64,000 nucleotides of DNA from Candidatus Zhuqueibacterota bacterium (GCA_016783505.1 JADHWK010000007.1:1-64000); one strand, 5' to 3'. Shown: positions 40,637-51,020, counted from the stretch's first letter. Program-made: numbers and translations. The notes: generated by a model from the letters alone, not told the origin.

Positions 40637-40711
40637 ATGAAACCGATAGAAATCAAACCCAAAATTTACTGGGTAGGGGGTCAGCTGGCAAAAATGATCC
40701 AGGAAGGATGA
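40637..40711 (+). pseudogene. Internally deleted flavodiiron protein (FprA/Roo) remnant
   Basis: MKPIEIKPKIYWVG (FprA-like N-terminus) joined at a G run to GQLAKMIQEG*. Confidence 0.65.
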
Positions 40712-40712
40712 A

Positions 40713-41921
40713 ATGTTTATTCTGCTTTACCAAATCCTGCAGGAATCTGTAGACTTGTGGCTGGCCATTTCCCCTTATCTGCTTTTGGGGATGTTTATCG
40801 CCGGGGTTTTGCATGCCTTTCTGGGTGAGAACTTCGTGGGACGGCATCTGGGGGACGGCGGCTTTAAATCCATCCTGAAAGCAACCCTGTTCGGCATACC
40901 CCTGCCCCTCTGCTCCTGTGGCGTTATCCCCGTAGCCGCCTCTCTAAAGAAAGAAGGGGCTAGCAAAAGCGCGGTGCTTTCCTTCTTAGTCTCCACCCCC
41001 ACCACTGGAGTAGATTCTATTCTGGCCACCTATTCCTTGATGGGACCCCTGTTCGCCATATTTCGACCGCTGGCTGCCTTCGTCAGCGGGATTACCATCG
41101 GGGTTTTCAACCGGCTCTACAATCGGGAGGAAGAGAAGAAAGCAAACACGCATTCCCATTCCCCACTACCTTCGCCTTTTAAGCTAAAGGAGGTTTTCCG
41201 CTATGGATTTGTAGAACTTGCAGAAGAGATCGGGAAATGGCTGTTGGTGGGGGTGGTCGCCGGGGGTATCCTGACGGTGGCTATTCCGGAGGGTTTGTTA
41301 ACCCGCTATCTTCCCTATCCCGCTCTTCAATTCTTCATCATGCTGGCTCTAGCGATTCCACTTTACGTCTGCGCTACCGGTTCTATTCCTATCGCTGCTG
41401 CCCTGATCGGTAAGGGTTTTTCCCCGGGGGCGGCGCTGGTTTTTCTAATCGCCGGCCCGGCTACCAATACGGTAACCCTATCATTTGTTTACTCCAAGCT
41501 GGGCCGACGGGCATTTTATATTTATCTGTCCATCATTATCCTAGTCTCTCTATTGATGGGTTGGATTTTTAACCTTCTGTGGCGGGGTTTGGGCGGTGAT
41601 GTGGGGTTGATATCGCCCCATGGACAGGTTTTATCCCCGGGCTTTACCATAGCTGCGGGGATAGTGCTCTTGCTTCTTATCATCAGAGGATTTTTTCCAA
41701 CAAGAAAGGGGAGCCAGGGGATGAAATATCAACTTCAGGTTTCTGATATGACCTGTAAGCATTGCAAGATGACTATTGAGAACGGACTGCGGAAACTTCC
41801 CGGGGTGGATCAGGTAGTGGTAGATCTGGAGCATAAAACGGTAGGAGTAGATGGCGAGGTTAGTCTGGAGGATATTAAAAAGGCGATACGGGAGGTGGGA
41901 TATACCCCGGAGGGGGAATAG
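40713..41921 (+). CDS. SO_0444/ArsP-type metal permease with C-terminal HMA domain
   Basis: PLCSCGVIP, STPTTGVDS, YVCATGS.P, GPATN, MTCKHC. Confidence 0.9.
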   Translation: MFILLYQILQESVDLWLAISPYLLLGMFIAGVLHAFLGENFVGRHLGDGGFKSILKATLFGIPLPLCSCGVIPVAASLKKEGASKSAVLSFLVSTPTTGVDSILATYSLMGPLFAIFRPLAAFVSGITIGVFNRLYNREEEKKANTHSHSPLPSPFKLKEVFRYGFVELAEEIGKWLLVGVVAGGILTVAIPEGLLTRYLPYPALQFFIMLALAIPLYVCATGSIPIAAALIGKGFSPGAALVFLIAGPATNTVTLSFVYSKLGRRAFYIYLSIIILVSLLMGWIFNLLWRGLGGDVGLISPHGQVLSPGFTIAAGIVLLLLIIRGFFPTRKGSQGMKYQLQVSDMTCKHCKMTIENGLRKLPGVDQVVVDLEHKTVGVDGEVSLEDIKKAIREVGYTPEGE

Positions 41922-42240
41922 GAATAATGAAACTGTCTCACAGTTTAGGTTAAAAAAAAAAACAAAAAATAGGTGATTTTAAGACAAAAAATTCGTATTT
42001 TTATTCAATGATTAGGGTAATTGAAAAATGACCGAAATAAACGATAATAACTGTGTCACTTTTGAAGCAATCGAAATGGCTGATGAGGAGATACTTCATC
42101 GCTGGTTTTTAACCGATGAATTTTATCATCTTAGCAATAATGCTGGTATGTGGTTCTGGGGGGATTAATTTATCATAAAGGTTTGGTGAAGTACGTTGTT
42201 TTCAAGTAAAGTGGGTATGGGGTAAAGAGCAACCGATTAG

Positions 42241-42298
42241 ATTCCCTCCCCCTCAATGGGGGAGGGTTTCGGTCAGGCGCCCGACTGAAGGGAGGGGA
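42241..42298. repeat. CCCTCCCC...GGGGAGGG hairpin element interrupted by the 20-nt palindrome
   Basis: ATTCCCTCCCCCTC..GGGGGAGGGTT[TCGGTCAGGCGCCCGACTGA]AGGGAGGGG. Confidence 0.75.
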
Positions 42299-42391
42299 AC
42301 TAATAAGATTATCGAAATGATAGGATAGAACGGGATTGACTGAATTATACAATTTATCAATAATCAATTTCAAAGTGAAAGGAGGTAAGAA

Positions 42392-43615
42392 ATGAGTAAA
42401 CAGTCGCTTGAAAGAGGTGTGGGGAAAAAGGTAGCCCTGAAAGGGATGATAAAGAGGCTGCATGAGGGGGAGAGTCCCGAGAAGATCAAAGAGGAATTTA
42501 AAGAATTGATAAAAGATACCACGCCCACTGAAATATCCCAGATTGAGGAAGAGCTTATTAAAGAGGGCATGCCAAGAGAAGAGATACACAGGCTCTGTGA
42601 TGTTCACCTCGCTGTATTTAAAGAGTCGGTTGAAAAGGAGAAGACTTTAGCCCCGCCTGGACACCCTATCCATATTCTTATGGAAGAGCACAAAATCCTT
42701 CTCCAATTTGCTGATGAATTGAAAAATATTACAGCGGACATTAAGGGGGCAGGAGGTTTTGATGCTGTTGGTGAACAGATGAATCACATAAAGCACATCG
42801 CCGAGCATCTTAAGGAATCGGAGAGCCACTATGTACGGGAGGAAAACGTGCTTTTCCCTTATCTTGAGAAACACGGGATCACCCAACCCCCGGCCATGAT
42901 GTGGATGGAACACGACAAGATCAGGGGGATAAAGAAGGAAATCTACAAGCTGGTTGATGCCCACAAGGACATGGGTTTTCAAGATTTTGCAGAACAACTG
43001 GGGGAAATGGCAATATCCTTGGCTGATATGCTGTCAAATCATTTTTTTAAGGAAAATAACATTCTCTTTCCAACCGCTTTAAAGGTTATATCGGAAACTG
43101 AATGGAAGGATGTAAGACATCAATTTGACGAACTCGGCTATTGCTGTTTCACCCCCGAGCAGGCCAAGGTTGCGGTTGAGAAGGCAGAGGCACCTACTTC
43201 AGAACCGGTGACAGAGGGTGTCGTTTCTTTTGAAACCGGTACCCTGTCAAAAGTGGAGATCGAAGCCGTACTTAACACTTTGCCCGTAGATATTTCCTTT
43301 GTGGATAAAGAAGACACGGTTCGTTATTTCAGCCAGACCAAAGAGAGGATCTTCCCCAGAGCAAAGGCGGTGATCGGCCGAAAGGTTCAGCAGTGTCATC
43401 CCCAAAAGAGCATCCATGTCGTCAATCAAATTCTTGACGATTTCAAGCATGGCCGCCGGGAGGTTGCTGGATTCTGGCTGCAATTAAAGGGGCGGTTCAT
43501 TCACATTCGCTACTTTCCGGTTCGTGATAAAAACGGCCAATATCTTGGATGTTTGGAGGTAACTCAGGACATCACCGATATAAGAAAGCTTGAAGGCGAG
43601 AAAAGATTATTATGA
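42392..43615 (+). CDS. DUF438 / hemerythrin / PAS-domain protein
   Basis: LCDVH, GHP...L..EH, HY.REE..LFP, EHD, KEN.ILFP, CHP.KS PAS domain. Confidence 0.88.
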   Translation: MSKQSLERGVGKKVALKGMIKRLHEGESPEKIKEEFKELIKDTTPTEISQIEEELIKEGMPREEIHRLCDVHLAVFKESVEKEKTLAPPGHPIHILMEEHKILLQFADELKNITADIKGAGGFDAVGEQMNHIKHIAEHLKESESHYVREENVLFPYLEKHGITQPPAMMWMEHDKIRGIKKEIYKLVDAHKDMGFQDFAEQLGEMAISLADMLSNHFFKENNILFPTALKVISETEWKDVRHQFDELGYCCFTPEQAKVAVEKAEAPTSEPVTEGVVSFETGTLSKVEIEAVLNTLPVDISFVDKEDTVRYFSQTKERIFPRAKAVIGRKVQQCHPQKSIHVVNQILDDFKHGRREVAGFWLQLKGRFIHIRYFPVRDKNGQYLGCLEVTQDITDIRKLEGEKRLL

Positions 43616-43683
43616 TGCAATGTTAATTTGTTTGTTATCTATCAAAACCGGTGAAGAACCTTTTTAAAGACTAACCCGGAGGG

Positions 43684-44997
43684 ATGCTGATGAGTAAGGC
43701 AAAACTAACTCTCGTTTTACTATCCGCATTGGTACTTACGATATTAATCGTGGTACTTTTGGTTAGCATTTTTGAACACAAGCAGGAGGCTAAGCTGACA
43801 TACTTCAAGGTGGTCGAGTTAGAGGATGGCGAGCCAGACCCCGCCGTGTGGGGCCAGAACTTCCCAAGACACTACGATGGATACACCAAGACGATGCGCA
43901 CATCAGAGCTTATGAAGTACAGCTTGTATGGTCGTTACGGAGGATCCGAAGCGTTCTCCAGGCTGGATAGATATTCCGAATATCGGCGGCTCTTCGACGG
44001 ATATTCCTTCTCGGTTGAGTATGGTGAAGATCGGGGGCATGTGCGGGCTTTAGAGGATATGCTGGCCACCGCCCGGCTGGGCGATAAGAAACCAGGCACC
44101 TGCATGACCTGTAAAAGCAGTCAAGTCCCCTCAATGATGCAGAAGTTGGGAATTGACGGGTTCTACGCCACACCGGTTAAGGAATTGATGGACCGGTTTA
44201 ACCCCAAACACCCGATTGCCTGTGCGGATTGTCATGATGCCAAAACCATGGCTTTGCATATTTCACGCCCTGCCTTCAAAGAGGCGATGGCTCAGCGAGG
44301 AATTGACTTAGCCCAGGCTACACGCCAGGAAATGAGAACCTATGTCTGTGCCCAGTGTCATGTGGAGTATTTCTTCAGAGGGAAGGACAATTACCTGGTT
44401 TTTCCCTGGGCCAAAGGTTTGAAGCTGGAGGATCTTGAAACTTACTATGATGGGATCAATTTCAGGGAATGGGAACACGGGGAAACGAAGGCACCCCTGG
44501 TCAAAATCAATCATCCGGAGTATGAGCTTTGGTCTTCTGGAATCCATGCCCGTTCCGGGGTTGCCTGCGCCGACTGTCATATGCCCTACGAGCGGGAAGG
44601 AGCTGTCAAGATCTCCAGTCACTGGGTTCGTACGCCATTGGCGAACCTGACGAATGCCTGTGGGACCTGTCATCGCCTGCCGGAAGAGGAATTGCGGGTA
44701 CGGATACTGGAAGCGCAAGATCGTACTTACAGCCTGATGAAGCGGGCAGAGGAGGCCATCCTGGATGCCCAGGGTGCCATTCGTACGGCGATGGAGAGGG
44801 GTGCCGCGGATCAGGCCCTCCAGGGGGCACGAAGACTGCATCGCAGAGCCTTTATGCGGTGGGATTCTATCAGTGCCGAGAACAGCATGGGCTTTCACAG
44901 TCCTCAGGAGGCAGTACGGATCTTGGGCGATGCCATTGATTATGGCCGTCAGGCCGAACTGGAAGCGTATAAGGCCATGGAGGGCCCGGGGCAATGA
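43684..44997 (+). CDS. nrfA: Ammonia-forming cytochrome c nitrite reductase catalytic subunit
   Basis: CMTCK plus four CxxCH motifs, RGH, CHVEY, ENSMGFH. Confidence 0.93.
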   Translation: MLMSKAKLTLVLLSALVLTILIVVLLVSIFEHKQEAKLTYFKVVELEDGEPDPAVWGQNFPRHYDGYTKTMRTSELMKYSLYGRYGGSEAFSRLDRYSEYRRLFDGYSFSVEYGEDRGHVRALEDMLATARLGDKKPGTCMTCKSSQVPSMMQKLGIDGFYATPVKELMDRFNPKHPIACADCHDAKTMALHISRPAFKEAMAQRGIDLAQATRQEMRTYVCAQCHVEYFFRGKDNYLVFPWAKGLKLEDLETYYDGINFREWEHGETKAPLVKINHPEYELWSSGIHARSGVACADCHMPYEREGAVKISSHWVRTPLANLTNACGTCHRLPEEELRVRILEAQDRTYSLMKRAEEAILDAQGAIRTAMERGAADQALQGARRLHRRAFMRWDSISAENSMGFHSPQEAVRILGDAIDYGRQAELEAYKAMEGPGQ

Positions 44998-45452
44998 TGG
45001 TGAAGGGCGCCAAGAAAACCCCGAAGGTGGCTTTGTTCCTTGGCATCGTAGTCGGTATGCTCGTGGGCCTGGGCGGCTACACCTTCTGGTATGGACGCGG
45101 TTACTCTTATTTTTCAAATGACCCGGCGGCCTGCGTGAACTGCCATGTGATGTGTGACAGCTTCAACTCCTGGGGCGTTTCCAGTCACCGTGGCGTAACC
45201 TGCAACGATTGTCATATTCCCCACAGTCCTGTTTTGAAGTACGCTGCAAAATTAGAAAATGGAATCCATCATTCCATAGCCTTCACCTTTGAAGATGTTC
45301 AGGTAATCCGAATCACCCCGAGGAATCTTCAGACTCTTCAGCAGAATTGTATCCGCTGTCATGAGCCTATGGTAAGTCTGATCCTCCAAGGGGAACAGGG
45401 GCTGGCTATTTCCTGCACCCGGTGCCACCAAGGCGCCGGACATGTGTTCTGA
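44994..45452 (+). CDS. nrfH: Tetraheme quinol dehydrogenase subunit
   Basis: N-terminal TM, CVNCHVM and three further CxxCH motifs. Confidence 0.93.
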   Translation: MMVKGAKKTPKVALFLGIVVGMLVGLGGYTFWYGRGYSYFSNDPAACVNCHVMCDSFNSWGVSSHRGVTCNDCHIPHSPVLKYAAKLENGIHHSIAFTFEDVQVIRITPRNLQTLQQNCIRCHEPMVSLILQGEQGLAISCTRCHQGAGHVF

Positions 45453-45489
45453 AAAAGTCACCCAAAAGACAAAAGATTAGGAAGACATC

Positions 45490-46425
45490 ATGTCCAAAGT
45501 TGCTATCATAGGGGTAGGTGATGTGGGGGCTACGTTAGCCTATACCCTGCAGCTATCCGGCCTGGCAACGGAGATTGTGTTGGTTGATTTAGACAAAGAG
45601 AGGGCAGAGGGACATTCGCTTGATATGAATCATGGCCTTTTCTTTATTCCTCCGGTGAGAATATACGCCGGTGATTATCCCGACTGCAAAGGGGCAAAAG
45701 TCATCATCATCACCGCAGGTGCCCGGCAAAAGCCGGGTGAAACCCGACTGGAACTGGTTCAGCGAAATGCGGGAATATGTAAATCCATCGTTAATCAAAT
45801 AACCCCTTACCTTGAGGAAAACATACTACTGGTCACCACCAATCCCGTGGACGTGATGACCTTGGTGGTGCTCAAAAGTTCGGGGCTACCCTGGGGACAG
45901 GTTTTGGGATCAGGGACTGTTTTGGATTCCGCCCGTTTCCGATATGCGCTCAGCCAGAGGTATAACGTAGATGCTAGAAACGTTCACGCCTACGTGATCG
46001 GTGAGCACGGCGACAGCGAGGTACTTCTATGGAGCTCGGTGAATATCTCCGGAATCCCGCTGGAGTCCTTCTGGAAAGGATCTAGAATAAAATACACACC
46101 GACCCCCCCCAGCCAGATTGAAGAAACAGTAAGAAAATCCGCCTATCACATCATCGAGGCCAAGGGATTTACCAACTATGGGGTCAGTCTGGCCATGTTG
46201 AGAATATTGGGGGCCATTCTCCGGGATGAGCACTCAGTTCTGACGGTCTCGACCTTCCTGAATGGGGGGTATGGACTTTACGATCTCTGTCTCAGTGTTC
46301 CCTGTATGGTCAGCGCCGATGGAATTGAACGGATAATAGAAACCCCCCTTTTGGCAGAAGAAAGTGCTGCCCTCCAGAAGTCGGCTGGAGTGCTAAAGTC
46401 TGTCATCAAAAGTCTGGGCTATTGA
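45490..46425 (+). CDS. ldh: L-lactate dehydrogenase
   Basis: G.GDVG, AGARQKPGETRL (Gln at specificity site), NPVD, LDSARFR, GEHGD. Confidence 0.92.
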   Translation: MSKVAIIGVGDVGATLAYTLQLSGLATEIVLVDLDKERAEGHSLDMNHGLFFIPPVRIYAGDYPDCKGAKVIIITAGARQKPGETRLELVQRNAGICKSIVNQITPYLEENILLVTTNPVDVMTLVVLKSSGLPWGQVLGSGTVLDSARFRYALSQRYNVDARNVHAYVIGEHGDSEVLLWSSVNISGIPLESFWKGSRIKYTPTPPSQIEETVRKSAYHIIEAKGFTNYGVSLAMLRILGAILRDEHSVLTVSTFLNGGYGLYDLCLSVPCMVSADGIERIIETPLLAEESAALQKSAGVLKSVIKSLGY

Positions 46426-46609
46426 CTTAGCATATTCCCTCAAAAAATAATTTGACAGAGAATAATTGATAGTGGGGAAATAAGGGGGGATTTCAAAGGG
46501 GGACTTGAGTGGGGGGTAATAGTAAGACATCAAAGGGGAAAATGAAGATTTTTCGATGAAGTTTCCTTTCCTCTGGTGATAGAGGCGAAGGCTGAGGAGA
46601 GCATTTTAA

Positions 46610-46830
46610 GGTGAAACCCTCATCCCGAAGGTTCGGGACTGACCGAGGGGTCAGGACAAGTTCAGGGCTTCGGTGAGACACCTTTCGGTCAGGCGCCCGG
46701 GTCTGTTGCAGAACTACCGCATAGGAATAAATTCCTATGCTAATCCAAATAAAGTATGTTGAAACATACTGTAATCAGTCCCGAAGTTTCGGGGCTTTCT
46801 TTGAAATAGCGTGATAATTTATTATCACGC
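46610..46830. repeat. Cluster of hairpins including a four-hairpin unit
   Basis: GCATAGGAAT/ATTCCTATGC, AGTATGTT/AACATACT, AGTCCCGAA/TTCGGGGCT, GCGTGATAAT/ATTATCACGC (46719-46830). Confidence 0.75.
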
Positions 46831-46908
46831 AAATAGGAAACCAGCGATTTCAGGGTTGTGCCACAGGCCCGCCCGACCGACGCCCTAGAGAATTTTGGTG
46901 TAGATATT

Positions 46909-49047
46909 ATGAAACAGAGGGTATTTTCGGAGGAAAAATTTATCCATATCGCTGTTCTGCTCTTGTCTTGCGTAGCGCTATCTTTGGGTCAGCCATCAAA
47001 GGAGGATGTAAATCGTGATACCGTTGCTCATATTAGACCATTTAAATTCGGGTGGATTACCGATACACATGTGGGTGCCGGATTCACTGAGGGAGGATTG
47101 CAAGGGGTTATCAGTGACATAAATGGAATGAGCGAAGAACTTGACTTTATTATTAACACCGGTGACCTCACCGAAAAGGGACTAAACGCCGAACTAACCC
47201 AATATAAAAATATTATTAGCAACTGCCACATTCCAATATGGAATATTCCCGGAAACCATGATACCAAATGGACGGAATCGGGACTGGAAAAATATAAACA
47301 GTTTTTTGGACCCGTTCATTTCTCCTTTCACCACAATGGATTTCAATTTATCGGCATTAACTCCGGTATTCCATTAAGAGGGGGTGGTGGATACTTTGAT
47401 CCCGCAGAGATTGTCTGGCTGGAAAATGAGCTGGGGAGCATGGGTTCCCCCGATACGCCGGTTATCATAGCATGGCATCATCCTGGCGACTTCGGTTCCA
47501 TTTCTAATTACTGGAAAATACTCGACCTTCTTAAGGACTATAATACTGCCCTGATTATGGTTGGTCACGGACATCATAATGCACAATACGATTTTGAAGG
47601 TATTGCTGGTGCTATGGGGCTTGATACCTATGGCGAGATCTCAGGGTTTAATATAGTGAGTGTCACCCCAGATGAAATAATCATCAGCACCCACCTTACC
47701 AATGATGAAACTGGTGATCCCTGGTACATCATACCGATTACAGGTCCTTCCCAAACGAAGATTTATTTCCCCAATCTGGGGGAAAATGCCCCTGTTTCCG
47801 GAACTAAAACCTTTGAGATTCAACTCAATCAACCGGCAACAAATGGCATCTGGGATATTACGTATGACGATAGGGGGGCCCAACCCCTTTCAGGAAGGGG
47901 AACATCGTGGAATTTTACCCTTAACACCGCAAATCTCGAGAATGGCTATCACACCTTGACAGTAAGTTTCACCGAACCGAGCGGTCGCAGAGTTTCCCGC
48001 ACCCGGGGATTCTACGTGGAGAATGGCTATCCCCGTGCAATTTGGCGATTCCATGCCGGAGCCGGGATTATTACCGCTCCTGCATACGATGACAATCACG
48101 CCTATGTGGGTACCAGCGATGGCAGAATTATTGGTCTCAATCTAAGTGATGGTAGCCTGGCATGGGAACCGGTGCAGACCCAAGGAACTGTATTCTCTTC
48201 ACCTGCTGTTTCTGATAGTATTATATATATAGGTTCTTCGGATGGTTATCTTTATGCGGTTAATGCTAGTTCCGGTTCTATCCAGTGGCGTTACGAAACA
48301 GGTAGCGCTATTCTAACTCCCCCTATAATTGCTGACTCCCTCATTTATTTTGGAAGCGGCAATAATTTTTACGCCCTTAATCTTAATACACATGAACAGG
48401 CCTGGGGACGATCTATTAATGGAATGATGGAGTGCAAGCCGGTTCTGGCTGGGGATTACGTTATTTTTACTGCATGGGACAGATCAGTCCATGCTTTAAA
48501 CCGGTTTACTGGGGCATCCCAATGGAACTGGAGCCGGACCCCCAGTTTTTACTATTCACCGGGTGCGTGTTGGCCTGTTGTAGGACTCCACCGGGTATTT
48601 GTAACTGATCCTCAACGTTATACAAGTGCCATTAATCTAGAAAATGGAGAAACTATTTGGTCGCATAACTCCCCTGAGGCTTGGGAATCTGTAGGCATTT
48701 CATCGGATAAAACTCAGGTGTATATCCGATCCCTTGATGGGAATCTATACGCTTTTTCTGCCGCAGAACCCTCTATGCAACAAATTTGGTCGGCTCCTGT
48801 CGGTTACGGATGGGATTCTATTCCCTCCATGCCTGTTGAGAAAAACGGCAGTGTTTTTACCGGAAGCAAGAAGGGGTTCGTAACGTCTGTGGACTCAAAG
48901 GATGGGCAGGTTTCCTGGAGGTATTGGACAGCCCACGCTTATGTGGCAACGGTAACCCCGCTGGATGAGGATCGAGTGCTGGTAACTGCACTGGATGGAA
49001 CTGTAATCCTCATATCTGGTGACCCGGCATTAGGAGTTGAAGAATAA
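46909..49047 (+). CDS. Secreted calcineurin-like metallophosphoesterase fused to a PQQ/BamB-like beta-propeller
   Basis: TDTH, TGDL, PGNHD, GHGH; repeated GS.DG.LYA.N..G...W blades. Confidence 0.88.
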   Translation: MKQRVFSEEKFIHIAVLLLSCVALSLGQPSKEDVNRDTVAHIRPFKFGWITDTHVGAGFTEGGLQGVISDINGMSEELDFIINTGDLTEKGLNAELTQYKNIISNCHIPIWNIPGNHDTKWTESGLEKYKQFFGPVHFSFHHNGFQFIGINSGIPLRGGGGYFDPAEIVWLENELGSMGSPDTPVIIAWHHPGDFGSISNYWKILDLLKDYNTALIMVGHGHHNAQYDFEGIAGAMGLDTYGEISGFNIVSVTPDEIIISTHLTNDETGDPWYIIPITGPSQTKIYFPNLGENAPVSGTKTFEIQLNQPATNGIWDITYDDRGAQPLSGRGTSWNFTLNTANLENGYHTLTVSFTEPSGRRVSRTRGFYVENGYPRAIWRFHAGAGIITAPAYDDNHAYVGTSDGRIIGLNLSDGSLAWEPVQTQGTVFSSPAVSDSIIYIGSSDGYLYAVNASSGSIQWRYETGSAILTPPIIADSLIYFGSGNNFYALNLNTHEQAWGRSINGMMECKPVLAGDYVIFTAWDRSVHALNRFTGASQWNWSRTPSFYYSPGACWPVVGLHRVFVTDPQRYTSAINLENGETIWSHNSPEAWESVGISSDKTQVYIRSLDGNLYAFSAAEPSMQQIWSAPVGYGWDSIPSMPVEKNGSVFTGSKKGFVTSVDSKDGQVSWRYWTAHAYVATVTPLDEDRVLVTALDGTVILISGDPALGVEE

Positions 49048-49061
49048 AGAAGGGGTCTACT

Positions 49062-50030
49062 ATGCCTTTGACCCTGGAGGAATACGCCGCATCTCTGGAA
49101 GACAGGATCAGACCACGTCTGCCCCATATTACCCCTCCAGAGGATATTAAAGCCAAGCTAACCGCCTTACCCAATATGAAAGCTGTGTTGTGGGATGTGT
49201 ACGGAACGTTAATGGCGGTAGATACCGGGGATTTGGGGGAAACCCTGAAGCTGAAGCACAAGTTAATTCAGGCGTTTGAATTAACAATCCAAGAGTTTAA
49301 CCTTAAGGACACCCTTCTAAAGCTTACCGAGAATCCGGCGGAATATCTTTTAAACCGGTATGTCCGGTTGATAGAGGAGGATCATCAGCGGGAGAGGGAA
49401 AGGGGAGTCCAGTTCCCCGAGGTGAAGATCGAAGCCATCTGGCAAGGGATTATTCGGGAGTTACAGACGGCGGGATATACCTATGATGGGGCGGCCTACG
49501 GGCCCCTGCCGGATTTTTCCATAAAGATGGCCTACTTCTTCGATTACGTATTCCATGGTAAACGGTTTTACCCCGGAGTAAAAGAAACCCTGATCTCTCT
49601 CAAAAACCGTGGCCATAAGCAGGGGTTGATCTCCAACGCCCAGTTTTATACCCCCATTCAACTCGATCGCCTGCTTGCTGCCGGGACCTCCGATAAAGAG
49701 GCTGGCTTCCGTTTTCTATTCGACCGAGAATTAATCTGTTTTTCCTACCTGTTGGGGGTAGCCAAACCGAACCCCCTCATCTTTGAGAAGGCCGCCCTCA
49801 CCCTCAGGAAATACAATATTGACCCAGTGGAGACGGCTTATGTGGGCAATGATGTGTTCAATGACCTTTTGCCCGCCCATAAGCAGGGGTTTAAAACGGT
49901 CCTCTTCGCCGGGGATGGAACGACCCTGAAGTTACGGAAGGACCATCCCTCGTGCCGGGATTTTATCCCGGATGCGATCATCAACAAAATTCCCCAAATT
50001 AAAGAGATTTTGGTTTTTTCCGGACTTTAG
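49062..50030 (+). CDS. HAD-family phosphatase (possibly MggB-like)
   Basis: WDVYGTL, SNAQFYT, KP, VGND..ND, LFAGD. Confidence 0.8.
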   Translation: MPLTLEEYAASLEDRIRPRLPHITPPEDIKAKLTALPNMKAVLWDVYGTLMAVDTGDLGETLKLKHKLIQAFELTIQEFNLKDTLLKLTENPAEYLLNRYVRLIEEDHQRERERGVQFPEVKIEAIWQGIIRELQTAGYTYDGAAYGPLPDFSIKMAYFFDYVFHGKRFYPGVKETLISLKNRGHKQGLISNAQFYTPIQLDRLLAAGTSDKEAGFRFLFDRELICFSYLLGVAKPNPLIFEKAALTLRKYNIDPVETAYVGNDVFNDLLPAHKQGFKTVLFAGDGTTLKLRKDHPSCRDFIPDAIINKIPQIKEILVFSGL

Positions 50031-50050
50031 TGGATAGAAATCAATTCCTG

Positions 50051-50070
50051 TCAGTCAGGCGCCTGACTGA
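50051..50070. repeat. Perfect 20-bp palindrome, reference copy of a dispersed family
   Basis: TCAGTCAGGCGCCTGACTGA; variants at 15196, 23406, 42269, 46685 (partial), 57251. Confidence 0.9.
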
Positions 50071-50192
50071 TCCTATTTTTCCTTTAGTAATTCCAATGAA
50101 TTGGAATGGGCAATCCAAATTTAGAAGATTTCTCTTGATTTTTAGTAAATTTTATGTGATATTTAGTGATAGAAAAAGGGGGACACAAAGCG

Positions 50193-51020
50193 TTGAAAAC
50201 AATTTATAGCATTGTCAACGTTCTGCTATTTTGTGGAACAACCCTTGCTGATATCATTCATGTTCCTGGCGATCAACTCACGATTCAAGCCGGGATTGAT
50301 TCCGCTGCTGTAGGTGATACCGTGTTGGTGGATACGGGGCGGTATGTGGAACACATCAACTTTAATGGTAATGATATAGTTATCGGGTCACTGTTTCTGA
50401 TTACTGGCGATACTTCCTACATTACTCAGACGGTGATTGATGGAGATAGTAGTGGAAGTGTGGTGACGTTTGAGAATGGTGAAGATTCCACAGCGGTGTT
50501 AAGTGGTTTTACCATTACCAATGGACAAGGTGGAGGCTCTTGGCCACATTACACTGCTGGTGGAATTACATGTAAATATTCTTCCAGCCCAAGTTTGGTG
50601 AATGTAACGGTGAGTGGGAATACGACATTTTGAGAAATGTCTGGAAGTGGAACTGGCGGTGAGATTATCTGCTAGGCTAATTCCAATCCCACATTGACCA
50701 ATGTGATCATTATCAGGAATTATGCTAATTACGGTGGCGGGATTTTATGTTGGAATAACTCCGGTCTGAGTTTGGTGAATACCATTCTCTGGAACGATTC
50801 GCCGCAGGAAATTTGTTTCAGCGAACAGGCTGCTTCGAATTCTATTACCATTGCCTATTCTGATGTGCAGGGCGGTGAAGCAGGAGTTGTGACTAACAAC
50901 AACGGCACCGTGAACTGGCTGGAAGGGAATATTGATGCCGATCCCCTGTTTGCAGATCCTGATAATGGCGATTTTCACCTTCAAGAAGGCTCCCCTTGCA
51001 TTTTAGATAAAAGGAGATAA
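50193..51020 (+). pseudogene. Secreted right-handed beta-helix (pectin-lyase fold) protein, disrupted
   Basis: IHVPGD..TIQ.GI, GFTITNG, GGGI.C repeats; in-frame TGA 50631-50633 and TAG 50673-50675; cut off after GSPCI. Confidence 0.85.

Noticed and set aside
40484-40711. 75-aa ORF from the track
   Set aside because: Mostly an alternative frame over rubredoxin; only its last 24 codons are the fprA-like stub
44308-45117. 269-aa minus-strand ORF and other antisense ORFs
   Set aside because: Shadows of well-supported + strand genes, with no recognisable motifs
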